Shown in pieces: positions 9,303 to 19,387 of a stretch of DNA of 64,000 nt. The DNA comes from Salinivirgaceae bacterium. Its GTDB lineage: Bacteria; Bacteroidota; Bacteroidia; Bacteroidales; SZUA-534. Position 1 is the first letter of the stretch; each line of letters begins with the position of its first letter. The stretch is taken from contig JAKSOL010000001.1 in the NCBI GenBank assembly GCA_024405635.1, positions 96,001 through 160,000 of the forward strand, written 5' to 3'. The position numbers and the translations under genes were made by a program. Below the pieces are notes generated by a model. That model had not been told where the DNA came from, did not search any database, and saw only the letters and a program-made list of their open reading frames with translations.

Positions 9303-9355
9303 CGTTGTACATAGTTTCAAGTTGATGATGTTTTTACAAAGGAACGAAAAAGATG
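9303..9355. repeat. 53-bp direct repeat, right copy
   Basis: Matches 2410-2462 at 51/53 positions. Confidence 0.92.
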
Positions 9356-9408
9356 TCTGCAAAGACAATAAACAATAGCATTGCATCGTAAAAGTAAGTG
9401 CTATTTTA

Positions 9409-9416
9409 TACCTTTG
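9409..9416 (+). promoter_or_regulatory. Bacteroidota sigmaA -7 box for S41 gene
   Basis: TACCTTTG fits TAnnTTTG, ~48 bp before ATG 9464. Confidence 0.55.
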
Positions 9417-9463
9417 GAAACTATGCTAAAAAAGCATCACCACGAATTAATTTGATAAATAAA

Positions 9464-11077
9464 ATGATACGTAAGTTATTCGCTATTACTTGTTTGGCTT
9501 TTGTTGGGCTAGCAACATCTGCGCAAAATACCTTTAGTGTGCAGAACTACAAGATGAGCCGAGTGCTAACTTTAATCGACCATTTGTATGTTGACACCGT
9601 TGACGATGCAAAGATTGTTGAGGCTGGCATCGTTGCAATGCTCAAAGAACTTGACCCTCATTCGATATATGTTTCGCCCGACGAGGTAAAAGAAATGAAC
9701 GAACCGCTTGAGGGTAATTTTGAAGGCATAGGCATTCAGTTTAGCATTATTAACGATACACTGATGGCGGTAGGTATTATTCCCGGTGGCCCTTCGGAGC
9801 GGGTTGGACTAATGGCTGGCGACCGTATTCTGTATATCGACTCGACAAATGTTGCTGGAGTTGGAATAACAAACAACGATGTTTTTAAAAAGCTACGTGG
9901 CAAAAAAGGAACAAAGGTTACGGTAAAAATTCAGCGTCATGGTTCGCCCGAGTTGCTCGAATTTACCATCACTCGCGACAAAATTCCAATCTATAGTGTT
10001 GATGCATCGTATGTTATCGACAAAAAAGAAAAGATAGGATATGTTAAAGTGAACAAGTTTGCTGCAACAACAACCGACGAATATACCAAGGCAATGGAAA
10101 AATTGCGCAAGGCTGGTGTTCGTAATCTGATTCTTGACCTTACTGACAATGGTGGAGGTTTCTTAAATTCAGGTTTTGACCTTGCTAGTCAATTCTTAAA
10201 CGATGGACAAATGGTAGTTTATACCGATGGAGTTAAACAACCACGTCAAGATTACAGAGCGCGTGGCAAAAAAAGTTTGGACTACGATAGAGTTGTAGTA
10301 ATGGTTGACGAGGGGTCGGCATCGGCAAGCGAAATTGTAACTGGTGCTCTTCAAGATTGGGACCGTGCTGTGGTTGTTGGTCGTCGCACTTTTGGTAAGG
10401 GATTGGTACAAAATCAGTTCCCGCTAACCGATGGGTCAATGATTCGACTTACAGTTGCTCGCTATTACACACCAACAGGTCGTTGCATTCAGCGTCCATA
10501 TTCGGCAGGCGTTGATCAGTACGAGCAAGATTTTATTGACCGTTACAACAATGGCGAACTTAATAGTGCCGATTCAATTCATCTGCCAACTTCTGAAATT
10601 TATTATACACTTAATAGTCATCGTCCGGTGTACGGCGGTGGTGGCATTATACCCGACATTTTTGTGCCTATCGATACAACTTATTATTCAGACTATTATG
10701 CAAGAATGATTCGTAGCGGCATATTTAATCGCTTTGTTATTGAGTATATCGACACTCATCGCGACTCGCTTGAACGTGTTTACAAAAGCACAAAAACCGA
10801 TGCCGATTTTGACAAGTTTAATGCAAAGTTTGAGGTTACCGATGCTTTGCTGCAAGAATTGATTGATTATGCAGCAAAAAATAAACTTGAGTACGTTGAT
10901 GCTGATTTTGCTCGTAGTAAAGAGTATATCCGTTTTTACTTAAAGGCGGCAATTTCGCGCGATTTGTACGATAGTGGAGAGTTTTACCAAATTTATAATT
11001 TGCATAACCCAATTTTTAAAGAGGCTGTAAGAGTTATTAAAGACGTTGATTTGTATAACTCAAAATTGGCAAAGTAA
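9464..11077 (+). CDS. S41 family carboxy-terminal processing protease
   Basis: Signal peptide; LDPHS; GIGI PDZ; DLTDNGGG; SASASEI; TFGKGLVQ. Confidence 0.92.
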   Translation: MIRKLFAITCLAFVGLATSAQNTFSVQNYKMSRVLTLIDHLYVDTVDDAKIVEAGIVAMLKELDPHSIYVSPDEVKEMNEPLEGNFEGIGIQFSIINDTLMAVGIIPGGPSERVGLMAGDRILYIDSTNVAGVGITNNDVFKKLRGKKGTKVTVKIQRHGSPELLEFTITRDKIPIYSVDASYVIDKKEKIGYVKVNKFAATTTDEYTKAMEKLRKAGVRNLILDLTDNGGGFLNSGFDLASQFLNDGQMVVYTDGVKQPRQDYRARGKKSLDYDRVVVMVDEGSASASEIVTGALQDWDRAVVVGRRTFGKGLVQNQFPLTDGSMIRLTVARYYTPTGRCIQRPYSAGVDQYEQDFIDRYNNGELNSADSIHLPTSEIYYTLNSHRPVYGGGGIIPDIFVPIDTTYYSDYYARMIRSGIFNRFVIEYIDTHRDSLERVYKSTKTDADFDKFNAKFEVTDALLQELIDYAAKNKLEYVDADFARSKEYIRFYLKAAISRDLYDSGEFYQIYNLHNPIFKEAVRVIKDVDLYNSKLAK

Positions 11078-11103
11078 AATGAATTAACTTGCTGATTTAT
11101 AAT

Positions 11104-11143
11104 AAAAAAGCGGTTGTGTTTATAATAAATACAACCGCTTTTT
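11104..11143. terminator. Bidirectional intrinsic terminator
   Basis: aaaaaagcggttgt...acaaccgcttttt between convergent genes. Confidence 0.85.
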
Positions 11144-11151
11144 GTTTGCTA

Positions 11152-12645
11152 TTATGGTTCAATGAATTTAGTTCCAGTGTTGTGGCAAAGTCGCTGAACT
11201 GCAAACTTGCCAGCTACCACAGCATTTGGTAAGCCGCCGGGAGGAATAATCCATTGCCCTGCCATATATAAGTTGTCAATACCGGCAATGCGGCCGCAAT
11301 GTGTTTCGCGAGGCGTTTCGCTAGTGGTTATAAAACTCATGTATGCGCCCTTGTGTGCACCGCAAAAACGGTGGAAACTATATGGAGTTACAATCTCAAC
11401 AACAGTAAGTTTACCTTTTAGGTTAGGGTAGTGATCTTCAACTTGGGCAACTATTTCGTTTGCAATGCGTTCTTTTTCAGCACGATAGGTTGATGTGTCG
11501 ATGTGTAGTTTTTCCCACTCATCAAACTCATTTTTTGTTTGCAAAATCATCAGTTGAAGCAGGTTTTTGCCTTCGGGCGAGTACGATGGTTCGTAGTTGT
11601 AATTGTTTACCACTATTTTTTCGTATTTGTTGCCAAACACATCAATTGGTTTGTTGCATTTGAAGATTGACATGTTTGCCATGTTTTTGCAAGAGTCGTC
11701 AACTCCAACATAAACATTAAAACTGCTGAACACAGGGTGCTTTTGTGGCAAACTATAGCGCGATGTGAAGTAGTCGTCCATATAGCTTTTGCCAACAAGT
11801 TTGTATGTTACTTCGGTGTCGGTTGCTACAATAATATTCTCACAATCAATTGTTTCGCCATTTTTAAAACTAACACTTTTGGCTTTGCCGTTATCAATGT
11901 TGATTTTTGTTGCCTCGTAACCAGTGTGAATTTTACCTCCAAGGCTAACAAAACGTTCTTCCATTCGTTTTGCAATGCCAAGTGAACCTCCGCGAGGAAC
12001 AGCTCCATTTCCACTGATAAACGTGGAGTACATATAAACAATACCAATGGTGTTGAAGTCGTCGGGTAGGTACGATAGAATCATTGTGCGAATAATGTCG
12101 CTTTTGAATCGTTTTACGTATTCGGTAAGTGGCACTTTGTTGTATTTGGCAGCGTGTGGAATAACTGGAAAAATTTTTGCCAACAAGCGCATCTTGTCCA
12201 TAAATTTTTGTTGCTCAGGAGGTTTTATTGCTGGTACTTCCATGCTACAAAACGCCTTAAGCATTTTAATAAAATGGCGAATTTCTTTTTTGTCTTCGGG
12301 CGATATGGCAATCATATCGGTTTGCAGTTTTTTCAAATCGTTCCAAACGTTTAGTGTTTTGCCGTCTTGTTCAACTTGCATAAACGATTTGTGTTGAATA
12401 ATTTCAACATCGTCGGTAATTGCGCCCACATCGCGCCATACTTTATGCACTTCTTTGCTGGGCAAAGTGCCAGTCATCCAGTGCACACAGTTGTCAATAT
12501 GGTAGCCTTTTCGTGTCCAAGCCGTGCATTGTCCGCCAGTTATGGTGTGTCGCTCGTAAAGTTCGCATTCAAATCCCGATAGGAGTGCGTATATGCCTGA
12601 TGCTAAACCAGATATGCCGCCTCCTATTATTGTCACTTTCCCCAT
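11152..12645 (-). CDS. NAD(P)/FAD-dependent oxidoreductase, phytoene desaturase-like
   Basis: IIGGGISGL Rossmann motif, GGQCTAWTRKGY, NLYMAGQW..PGGLP. Confidence 0.85.
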   Translation of the reverse strand: MGKVTIIGGGISGLASGIYALLSGFECELYERHTITGGQCTAWTRKGYHIDNCVHWMTGTLPSKEVHKVWRDVGAITDDVEIIQHKSFMQVEQDGKTLNVWNDLKKLQTDMIAISPEDKKEIRHFIKMLKAFCSMEVPAIKPPEQQKFMDKMRLLAKIFPVIPHAAKYNKVPLTEYVKRFKSDIIRTMILSYLPDDFNTIGIVYMYSTFISGNGAVPRGGSLGIAKRMEERFVSLGGKIHTGYEATKINIDNGKAKSVSFKNGETIDCENIIVATDTEVTYKLVGKSYMDDYFTSRYSLPQKHPVFSSFNVYVGVDDSCKNMANMSIFKCNKPIDVFGNKYEKIVVNNYNYEPSYSPEGKNLLQLMILQTKNEFDEWEKLHIDTSTYRAEKERIANEIVAQVEDHYPNLKGKLTVVEIVTPYSFHRFCGAHKGAYMSFITTSETPRETHCGRIAGIDNLYMAGQWIIPPGGLPNAVVAGKFAVQRLCHNTGTKFIEP

Positions 12646-12750
12646 TATTGTTGCTGATTTTTAGTGTCGCAAAAAAAGTAAAATGCATTTTTTGCGCCAA
12701 GCCAAATTGAGGCTTTTTTAGATAGTTTATAGTTCTTGTTGTTTTGCTAT

Positions 12751-12783
12751 AAAAAACGAGCAGGCGGGAGTTCCGTCTGCTCG
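12751..12783 (-). terminator. Intrinsic terminator after GH27 gene
   Basis: cgagcaggcgg...ccgtctgctcg with A6 (U-tract on minus strand). Confidence 0.75.
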
Positions 12784-12807
12784 CGAATATGAAAAGTTAT
12801 AGCTTGG

Positions 12808-14172
12808 TTATTCTTTAAAACTAACCAATATACTTTCGTGAGGTTTAAGTTCTTTGGTAAACGAATCGGATATTTCGCCCAAATCTTCGCCAGTCCACAT
12901 ATTAGTAGCAATGGCTGAAAATTCAATATTTAAGTCGGAAAGTTGAACACTAATATTTTGGGAAACCGAGTCGCTAATGTTGAACATGGCGACGTACACA
13001 TCACCGTTTTCAGCATTAGTTGATGTGATGCATACTTGGCCGTTTTGGTTAAACAACTGACGCACGTTGTTGCCTTGTTTGTGCATTTTAAGCACTTCGG
13101 TATTGGTAAGTAGGCTCAATGTAAAATCGTCGTTGCTTGGTAGGTCGCCACCAAACATTAAAGGCGAGCGGAAAATGGTGAACAGAGTCATCAGTGTGTA
13201 TTGTTCGTCTTTTGTTAGTCGGGTATTGCGTTCTTCGCCACGTTCGCCGCGAATCGATATTCTGCCAAGAGGAATCATGTCGCAATCGGGCCAAGTGCCG
13301 TTGCCAATGTGCTCGTACCAACCTTGTGCCACGTCAATCAAATGTGGAATATCGCGCCACACGTCCCACACATCGTCAACCATGCGCCACATGTTGGCAT
13401 GCTCTTTTACGTGTGCAGCTTCTTCAACTGGAGTTTTTCCGGGCGAAAGGCTTAGCACAATTGGACGGCCGCAATTGTCAATGGCATTGCGAATTAACTC
13501 AATTTCGGCTTTATGATAAGGACGGCTCAAATCGTCAATCTTAATAAAATCGACACCCCAACTTGCGTATAGTTCAAAAATGGAGTTGTAATATTCTTGT
13601 GCTCCGGGTTTTGATGCAACAATGGTGTAATTGTCGCGCAACCAAGGACATTGAAGTTCGGTGCTGAATATTTGGTCGGCTGTTATGTTGGTGCCTTTAA
13701 TTGGCATTTTGTTTTCAACTGCCACTTTTGGCACTCCGCGCATAATGTGAATACCAAATTTCAAACCTTGCTTATGAACGTAGTCGGCCAAAGTTTTAAA
13801 TCCATTGCCGTTTGCTGCCGATGGAAAACGGTTTACTGCAGGGTTGTACCGGCCAAAACTATCGATAACATATCGTGGGTCGTCTTGGTTGTAGCCTCCA
13901 GCTTTGTCGTTTTCAACAAACCAACGAATGTCAACCACAACATATTCCCAACCGTATTTTTTTAAGTTGGCAGCCATATAATCGGCATTTGACATTACTT
14001 CGCTTTCAACAACTGTAGGACCGTAGCAGTCCCAACTATTCCATCCCATTGGTGGGGTTTGGGCCCATTGTTTAAATTCTCCTTTGGCAAATCCTGATGT
14101 TTGTGGTTGGTTGCTGCAAGCCGCAAGCATCAATGCCGATGCAATAAACAGTACAGTTTTTTTCATATTCAT
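12808..14172 (-). CDS. GH27 glycoside hydrolase (alpha-galactosidase-like) lipoprotein
   Basis: Lipobox LAAC; TPPMGWNSW; WGVDFIKIDD; WPDCDMIPLG. Confidence 0.9.
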   Translation of the reverse strand: MNMKKTVLFIASALMLAACSNQPQTSGFAKGEFKQWAQTPPMGWNSWDCYGPTVVESEVMSNADYMAANLKKYGWEYVVVDIRWFVENDKAGGYNQDDPRYVIDSFGRYNPAVNRFPSAANGNGFKTLADYVHKQGLKFGIHIMRGVPKVAVENKMPIKGTNITADQIFSTELQCPWLRDNYTIVASKPGAQEYYNSIFELYASWGVDFIKIDDLSRPYHKAEIELIRNAIDNCGRPIVLSLSPGKTPVEEAAHVKEHANMWRMVDDVWDVWRDIPHLIDVAQGWYEHIGNGTWPDCDMIPLGRISIRGERGEERNTRLTKDEQYTLMTLFTIFRSPLMFGGDLPSNDDFTLSLLTNTEVLKMHKQGNNVRQLFNQNGQVCITSTNAENGDVYVAMFNISDSVSQNISVQLSDLNIEFSAIATNMWTGEDLGEISDSFTKELKPHESILVSFKE

Positions 14173-14184
14173 AAGTATTTGGTT

Positions 14185-15159
14185 TTATTCAAATTTGTAC
14201 TCGTCAATATTGCGGAATCCACACAAAAATTCGGCAACATTCATTCGTTTTTTACCTGCAATTTGCAAACTGCTTATCGAAATGGAGCCGCCGTTTACAA
14301 ATACGTCAATTTTGTTTTTGTGGTTGGTTTCAATGGTGCCGTTAGTTTTTCCGTGGTTACATTCGGTAAACTTGGCTTCAAATATTTTAACCGAAACCGA
14401 TTCTCCATTTTGAGAACGAAGTAACGACCACGCTGCTGGATAAGGACTTAATCCGCGAATTTTGTTTATGATGCGTGAGGGCTCATCGTTCCAGTCAATT
14501 TGGCAATCTTCTTTAAATATTTTAGGTGCGGGTTTAAGTTCGGTATTTGGTGCAACCATTTCGCTTTGAGGCGTTTCGGTGTAGTTTTCGCTCATTACAG
14601 CATCAAGAGTTTTAAGCAACAATGGACCACTGCGGTACATTAGTTTGTCGTGCAAGGTACCTGCATTGTCGTCGGGAGTTATTTCAACTCGGTCGCAAAA
14701 TAGAACGTTGCCTGTATCAATTTCGTGTTTCAGAAAGAAAGTTGTTATGCCGCTTTCTTTTTCTCCGTTTATAATTGCCCAGTTGATAGGCGCTGCGCCG
14801 CGATAGTTTGGTAGTATTGACGCATGAATGTTTATTGAGCCAAGTTTTGGCATCGACCAAATGCTTTCAGGTAACATTCTGAATGCTACAATTATCTGAA
14901 TGTCAGCATTTAGAGCTTTTAATTCTGAATAAAAAGTTTCGTCTTTTAACTTGTCGGGTTGCAGAATAGGTATGTTTAGGGTTTTGGCATATTGTTTAAC
15001 AGCACTTTCGCTTAATTTTTGGCCTCTGCCAGCAGGTTTGTCTGGTGTTGTTACAACTCCAACTACATTAAAATTATTGTCAACCAGAGTTTTAAGTCCC
15101 TCAACTGCAAACTCGGGTGTACCCATAAATACTATTCGTAAATTTTCTTTTGTGTACAT
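14185..15159 (-). CDS. fmt: Methionyl-tRNA formyltransferase
   Basis: IVFMGTPEFA, PDKPAGRG, NIHASILPNYRGAAPINW; ATG 15159. Confidence 0.95.
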   Translation of the reverse strand: MYTKENLRIVFMGTPEFAVEGLKTLVDNNFNVVGVVTTPDKPAGRGQKLSESAVKQYAKTLNIPILQPDKLKDETFYSELKALNADIQIIVAFRMLPESIWSMPKLGSINIHASILPNYRGAAPINWAIINGEKESGITTFFLKHEIDTGNVLFCDRVEITPDDNAGTLHDKLMYRSGPLLLKTLDAVMSENYTETPQSEMVAPNTELKPAPKIFKEDCQIDWNDEPSRIINKIRGLSPYPAAWSLLRSQNGESVSVKIFEAKFTECNHGKTNGTIETNHKNKIDVFVNGGSISISSLQIAGKKRMNVAEFLCGFRNIDEYKFE

Positions 15160-15219
15160 AAATGTGTATAAATAAATAAGGCTGCGCAAGGCAGCCTTAA
15201 ATTTTTGAGTTATAGTAAG

Positions 15220-16629
15220 TTAGGCTTTTTCAAAGCATCTAACCCAATCAATTTGCATTTTTGATGGTAAGTTATCGGCTTCGTGCATTAAACCTGCCGA
15301 AAGCACAATGTAAAGTGGCTCGTTTGGTAGTACGTTGCTTGATGTTAGAACCTCAACTCCGTTCACTTTCCAAGTTATTTGCTTTTGGTCCCACTCAATG
15401 CTATAAATAAAGAAGTCTTTACTCAAAGCTTTGCCACCAAATTTTGTTCCAACGGTGTTTTTGCCATCGTAAGCCGACATTTGCATTTGACCGTTTTTGC
15501 CAACATTGTATTTAAAAATGTCGATTTGTGGGGTGATTTTTTCGCCTTTCAACCAAAATGCTTGATAAACAGGAGCTTCTGCGTCAATTTTGATTTTGGC
15601 CTCAAAGCGACCGCATTTTTGACGGAACACTTGCGCTGTGTTTATCATTCCCGATGTGTAATCAAATTCGCGTTGAATAAATCCGGCTTTTTCGTTCCAA
15701 ACTTTGCCTGTAGCTTTCTCCTTTTTGGTTACTATTTTCAAAACCGAGTTGTCAATTTCAAAGTTTTTGCCGTCGGTGTGAACTTGTTTTTCGCCGTTGA
15801 TAACATAACTATCGTTTATGCCCATTTTGCCCCAAAGGAAACTATTCATCCATTTGCTATCGTCAACTTTGGCTGCTGTAAAATCGTCTTCAAAGGTTAA
15901 TTTCCAAGCGTTTAGTTGGTCAAATTTGTTTGAGTCAACAACCGATTTAAACCATTTAATGTTGGCCGAGTTGAGTAATTCGTTGTATTGTTGCTCTTTT
16001 TTGGCCTCATCGGTTTTGCTGTATTTGTCTTTGTCAAGCAAATAGGCTTTTTCTTGTGCAAACTCGGCAGAGTTTATTTTTGTTTCAAGTTCGGCCAATT
16101 CGGTTAACATACTCGACTCTTTCGTGCGCAAGTATTGTTGGTATTTGCCTTTTTGGCTGAATTTGTGGTAGAATTTAATGTCGGCGTCTTTGCTCAAAAT
16201 TTTTAGTTCGCCATCAAGGTCAGCCTCTGGTTGAGCTTGTTTTAGAGCTGCCATATTTTTGCTAAGGTCGTTAAAGCGAGCCAATTTTTCTGAAGTCTCA
16301 ACTTGTTGCAAGTGTTTAAGTTCTTGCGAGTTAAGCACCTTGAAATAGTTTACTATGTTTTTGTCTTTCTTTAAAGATTTGTAGCGCAATTCGGCTTTCT
16401 CAATGTCGGAGCCTTTGTAGATTTTTGCAGATAAGTCAGCCTTTAGCTTTTTCAGTTCGGCTGAATTTGCAAATTGACTCAGTTCGTTGAATGCTTTTAG
16501 CTCGTCGGAGTTTTTGTACTCGTTAAGTTTTTGATATTCAGCAACTAAATCATTGTACTGTCCTTCAACTTTTTCGGTTTTTGGAAGTAGGCCCAAGGCC
16601 AAGCGTAGTGCGAAACTAAAATTTGCCAT
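15220..16629 (-). CDS. Coiled-coil N-terminus + GH16-like domain with degenerate catalytic motif
   Basis: WKLTFEDDF, YTSGMINT, GRFEAKIK, AFWL, QIDIFK in place of EIDxxE, IDWVR. Confidence 0.75.
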   Translation of the reverse strand: MANFSFALRLALGLLPKTEKVEGQYNDLVAEYQKLNEYKNSDELKAFNELSQFANSAELKKLKADLSAKIYKGSDIEKAELRYKSLKKDKNIVNYFKVLNSQELKHLQQVETSEKLARFNDLSKNMAALKQAQPEADLDGELKILSKDADIKFYHKFSQKGKYQQYLRTKESSMLTELAELETKINSAEFAQEKAYLLDKDKYSKTDEAKKEQQYNELLNSANIKWFKSVVDSNKFDQLNAWKLTFEDDFTAAKVDDSKWMNSFLWGKMGINDSYVINGEKQVHTDGKNFEIDNSVLKIVTKKEKATGKVWNEKAGFIQREFDYTSGMINTAQVFRQKCGRFEAKIKIDAEAPVYQAFWLKGEKITPQIDIFKYNVGKNGQMQMSAYDGKNTVGTKFGGKALSKDFFIYSIEWDQKQITWKVNGVEVLTSSNVLPNEPLYIVLSAGLMHEADNLPSKMQIDWVRCFEKA

Positions 16630-16652
16630 CTATTTATTCATTTTACGAAACG

Positions 16653-16660
16653 CAAATATA
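16653..16660 (-). promoter_or_regulatory. sigmaA -7 box for GH16-like gene
   Basis: TATATTTG on minus strand, ~24 bp before ATG 16629. Confidence 0.55.
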
Positions 16661-16740
16661 GAAATTTACAATGCTATAGGGCAATTGTGTACAAGTTTTT
16701 ATTTGCGTAGTTGCACAATTAAATGTTGTCTTTTGGTTGC

Positions 16741-17175
16741 CTATTTTCTGCTGTATTGCTCTTCAAGTTGGTTAAATTGTCGCAGGCGTTTTACCAATGG
16801 CACAAGCATCAGTTTCCATAGGGCAGGTTTGGCGTTAAGTACCGATTCAAGTTTGTCGGCGCTTAGCTCAAAGCACAGCACATCGGTGAGCGCAGTTGCG
16901 CTAGTTGATCGGGTGCCTCCGTCAATCAATGCGTATTCGCCCATAATTTGTCCGCGACCAAGTGTTGCAAATACGTGTTCGTTGTGGTGTATGCTCACTT
17001 TGCCGTCAATAAGTATGTACATTGAATCGCCTTTGTCGCCTGCCGAAAAAATTAGCGTGCTGCAAGGTATCTTTTTGAGTGTCAGGTTACTTGCTAAAAA
17101 TTGAAGGCTATTTGAGTCGAAGTTGTTGAATATGTCAATGCTTCGAAGTGTGTTTACCATTTTGTCAAATTCCAT
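16741..17175 (-). CDS. Stand-alone cyclic nucleotide-binding domain protein
   Basis: IFSAGDKGDSMYILIDG, GEYALIDGGTRSTSA; ATG 17175. Confidence 0.85.
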   Translation of the reverse strand: MEFDKMVNTLRSIDIFNNFDSNSLQFLASNLTLKKIPCSTLIFSAGDKGDSMYILIDGKVSIHHNEHVFATLGRGQIMGEYALIDGGTRSTSATALTDVLCFELSADKLESVLNAKPALWKLMLVPLVKRLRQFNQLEEQYSRK

Positions 17176-17356
17176 AGCCAAAGTTGTTGGTTGTAAATGT
17201 TTGATTTGTTGCTAAATGTAGTACAAATGCAAAAAAAATGTGCTTGCATTGTGCGGTTTTTCAGTAGTGTTTATGCGGTAATAATTGTTGTATGTTACGC
17301 TCACACTATTGTTTTTGCACTATTTTAGAGCAAAATTTTTAATTGTTTGGCGCATT

Positions 17357-19387
17357 ATGAATGTTCCTAAAATTGTTCAAAACGATCCATGGTTAAGTCC
17401 ATTTAGTTCCATTATCACAAAACGAATGTCGAACTATTGTGAAACTTACGATCGATTGCTAAAAAACCAAAGTTCGTTGCTCGATTTTGCTAATGGGCAC
17501 TTGTTTTATGGCTGTTTTTGTAATGGCGATACAACAACCTTGCGCGAGCGTTTGCCAAATGCCACCGAGGTTTATTTAATTGGCGATTTTAATAACTGGC
17601 AAGCCACCCCCGAGTATAAACTTAAAAATATTGGTGGCGGCAATTGGGAAATAACATTGCCAGCTAGCGTGTTTGGTCATTTGAGCCTTTATCGACTTAA
17701 GGTTTGTTGGAAAGGCGGCAATGGCGAACGCATTCCTGCTTGGGCTAGGCGAGTGGTTCAGAACGAAAAAACAGCAATTTTTAGCGCACAAGTTTGGGCT
17801 CCATTGCAGCCGCATCAGTGGCAAGTAACCGACCAATTGCCAAATGCCGAACCATTTATTTACGAGGCTCACATTGGCATGGCTGGTGAAAAAATGGGAG
17901 TGTCAACTTTTGCTGAATTTCGCCAAAACGTGTTGCCTCGCATACAAAAATTGGGATATAACGTAGTTCAACTAATGGCCATTCACGAGCATCCATACTA
18001 CGGCTCGTTTGGTTACCACGTGTCAAGCTTTTTTGCGCCATCGTCGCGATTTGGTACCCCAGAGGAACTTAAAGCCTTGGTTGACGATTGCCATTCGCGC
18101 GGCATACGTGTTGTTATGGATTTGGTTCATTCTCATGCAGTTAAAAACATTAACGAGGGCTTGGGCCTATACGACGGAACTCGTTATCAGTTTTTTCACG
18201 AGGGCGAGCGTGGCGAGCATCCAGCTTGGGACTCGTTTTGCTTTAATTATGCCAACGATAATGTGCTGCATTTCCTTTTGTCAAACATTAAATATTGGTT
18301 AACCGAATTCCACTTCGATGGTTTCCGTTTCGATGGTGTAACCAGTATGATTTATTACAACCACGGACTAGGCAATAACTATACATCGTACGAGCAATAC
18401 TTTGATGGCACGCAAGACGATGATGCTATTACGTATCTAAAATTGGCCAATAAACTTATTAAGGAGGTAAATCCTAATGCCATTTCAATTGCCGAGGAAA
18501 TGAGTGGATATCCAGGTTTGGCAGCACCAATTGCCGATGGCGGTTTAGGTTTCGATTTTAGGCTTGCAATGGGTGTGCCCGACATGTGGATTAAAATTCT
18601 AAAAGAACAAACCGACGATAGTTGGGACCTTGGTCATATTTATCATGAACTTACATCGAAACGCGACGACGAGCGTGTGATTTCGTATGCCGAAAGCCAC
18701 GACCAAGCTCTTGTTGGCGACAAAACCATAGCCTTTTGGCTTATGGACAAGGAGATGTACTTCAACATGATGGTTGATTCGCAAAACTTGCAAATTGACC
18801 GTGGTATGGCTTTGCACAAAATGATTCGTTTGCTCACAGCATCAACAGCAGGTGGTGGTTATTTGAACTTTATGGGTAACGAATTTGGCCACCCCGAGTG
18901 GATCGATTTTCCTCGCGAGGGCAATAACTGGTCGTACCAATATGCACGCAGACAATGGAGCCTTGTCGACCGAAAAGACCTTAAATATCAGTATCTTAAC
19001 GAGTTTGACTTGGCAATGGTTCATTTGTTGCGACAATATAATGTGCTTGGCATATTCCCATTTTATGCGCAGCAGGTTAATCAACAAAACAAGGTCATGG
19101 CCTTTACTCGTGGCGATTTGTTGTTTGTATTCAACTTTAATTCAACCGAAAGTTTTACCAACTACGGCGTTCCTGTAATTCCAGGCAAATACAAAATTTT
19201 GATGGATACCGATGAACAACGTTTTGGCGGTTTTGGCCGAATTGACCACAATATGTTATATATGACCGCTGCTGGAGGCGAAAGCAAAACTGCAAATCTT
19301 AACCTTTATTTGCCATCTCGCACAGCAATTATTCTTCAACGCCAAGCAATTCCAAGTGTTTATCAACGACTAACAAAAAAGAAATGA
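17357..19387 (+). CDS. glgB: 1,4-alpha-glucan branching enzyme (GH13_8-like)
   Basis: IYEAHIGM, HPYYGSFGYHV, GFRFDGVTSM, AEEMSG, YAESHDQ, FMGNEFGHPEW; ATG 17357. Confidence 0.92.
   Translation: MNVPKIVQNDPWLSPFSSIITKRMSNYCETYDRLLKNQSSLLDFANGHLFYGCFCNGDTTTLRERLPNATEVYLIGDFNNWQATPEYKLKNIGGGNWEITLPASVFGHLSLYRLKVCWKGGNGERIPAWARRVVQNEKTAIFSAQVWAPLQPHQWQVTDQLPNAEPFIYEAHIGMAGEKMGVSTFAEFRQNVLPRIQKLGYNVVQLMAIHEHPYYGSFGYHVSSFFAPSSRFGTPEELKALVDDCHSRGIRVVMDLVHSHAVKNINEGLGLYDGTRYQFFHEGERGEHPAWDSFCFNYANDNVLHFLLSNIKYWLTEFHFDGFRFDGVTSMIYYNHGLGNNYTSYEQYFDGTQDDDAITYLKLANKLIKEVNPNAISIAEEMSGYPGLAAPIADGGLGFDFRLAMGVPDMWIKILKEQTDDSWDLGHIYHELTSKRDDERVISYAESHDQALVGDKTIAFWLMDKEMYFNMMVDSQNLQIDRGMALHKMIRLLTASTAGGGYLNFMGNEFGHPEWIDFPREGNNWSYQYARRQWSLVDRKDLKYQYLNEFDLAMVHLLRQYNVLGIFPFYAQQVNQQNKVMAFTRGDLLFVFNFNSTESFTNYGVPVIPGKYKILMDTDEQRFGGFGRIDHNMLYMTAAGGESKTANLNLYLPSRTAIILQRQAIPSVYQRLTKKK

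Noticed and set aside
9061-9312. 83-aa minus-strand ORF starting MYN
   Set aside because: It starts from the duplicated LOG start in the right repeat, diverges after three codons and overlaps a plus-strand gene.
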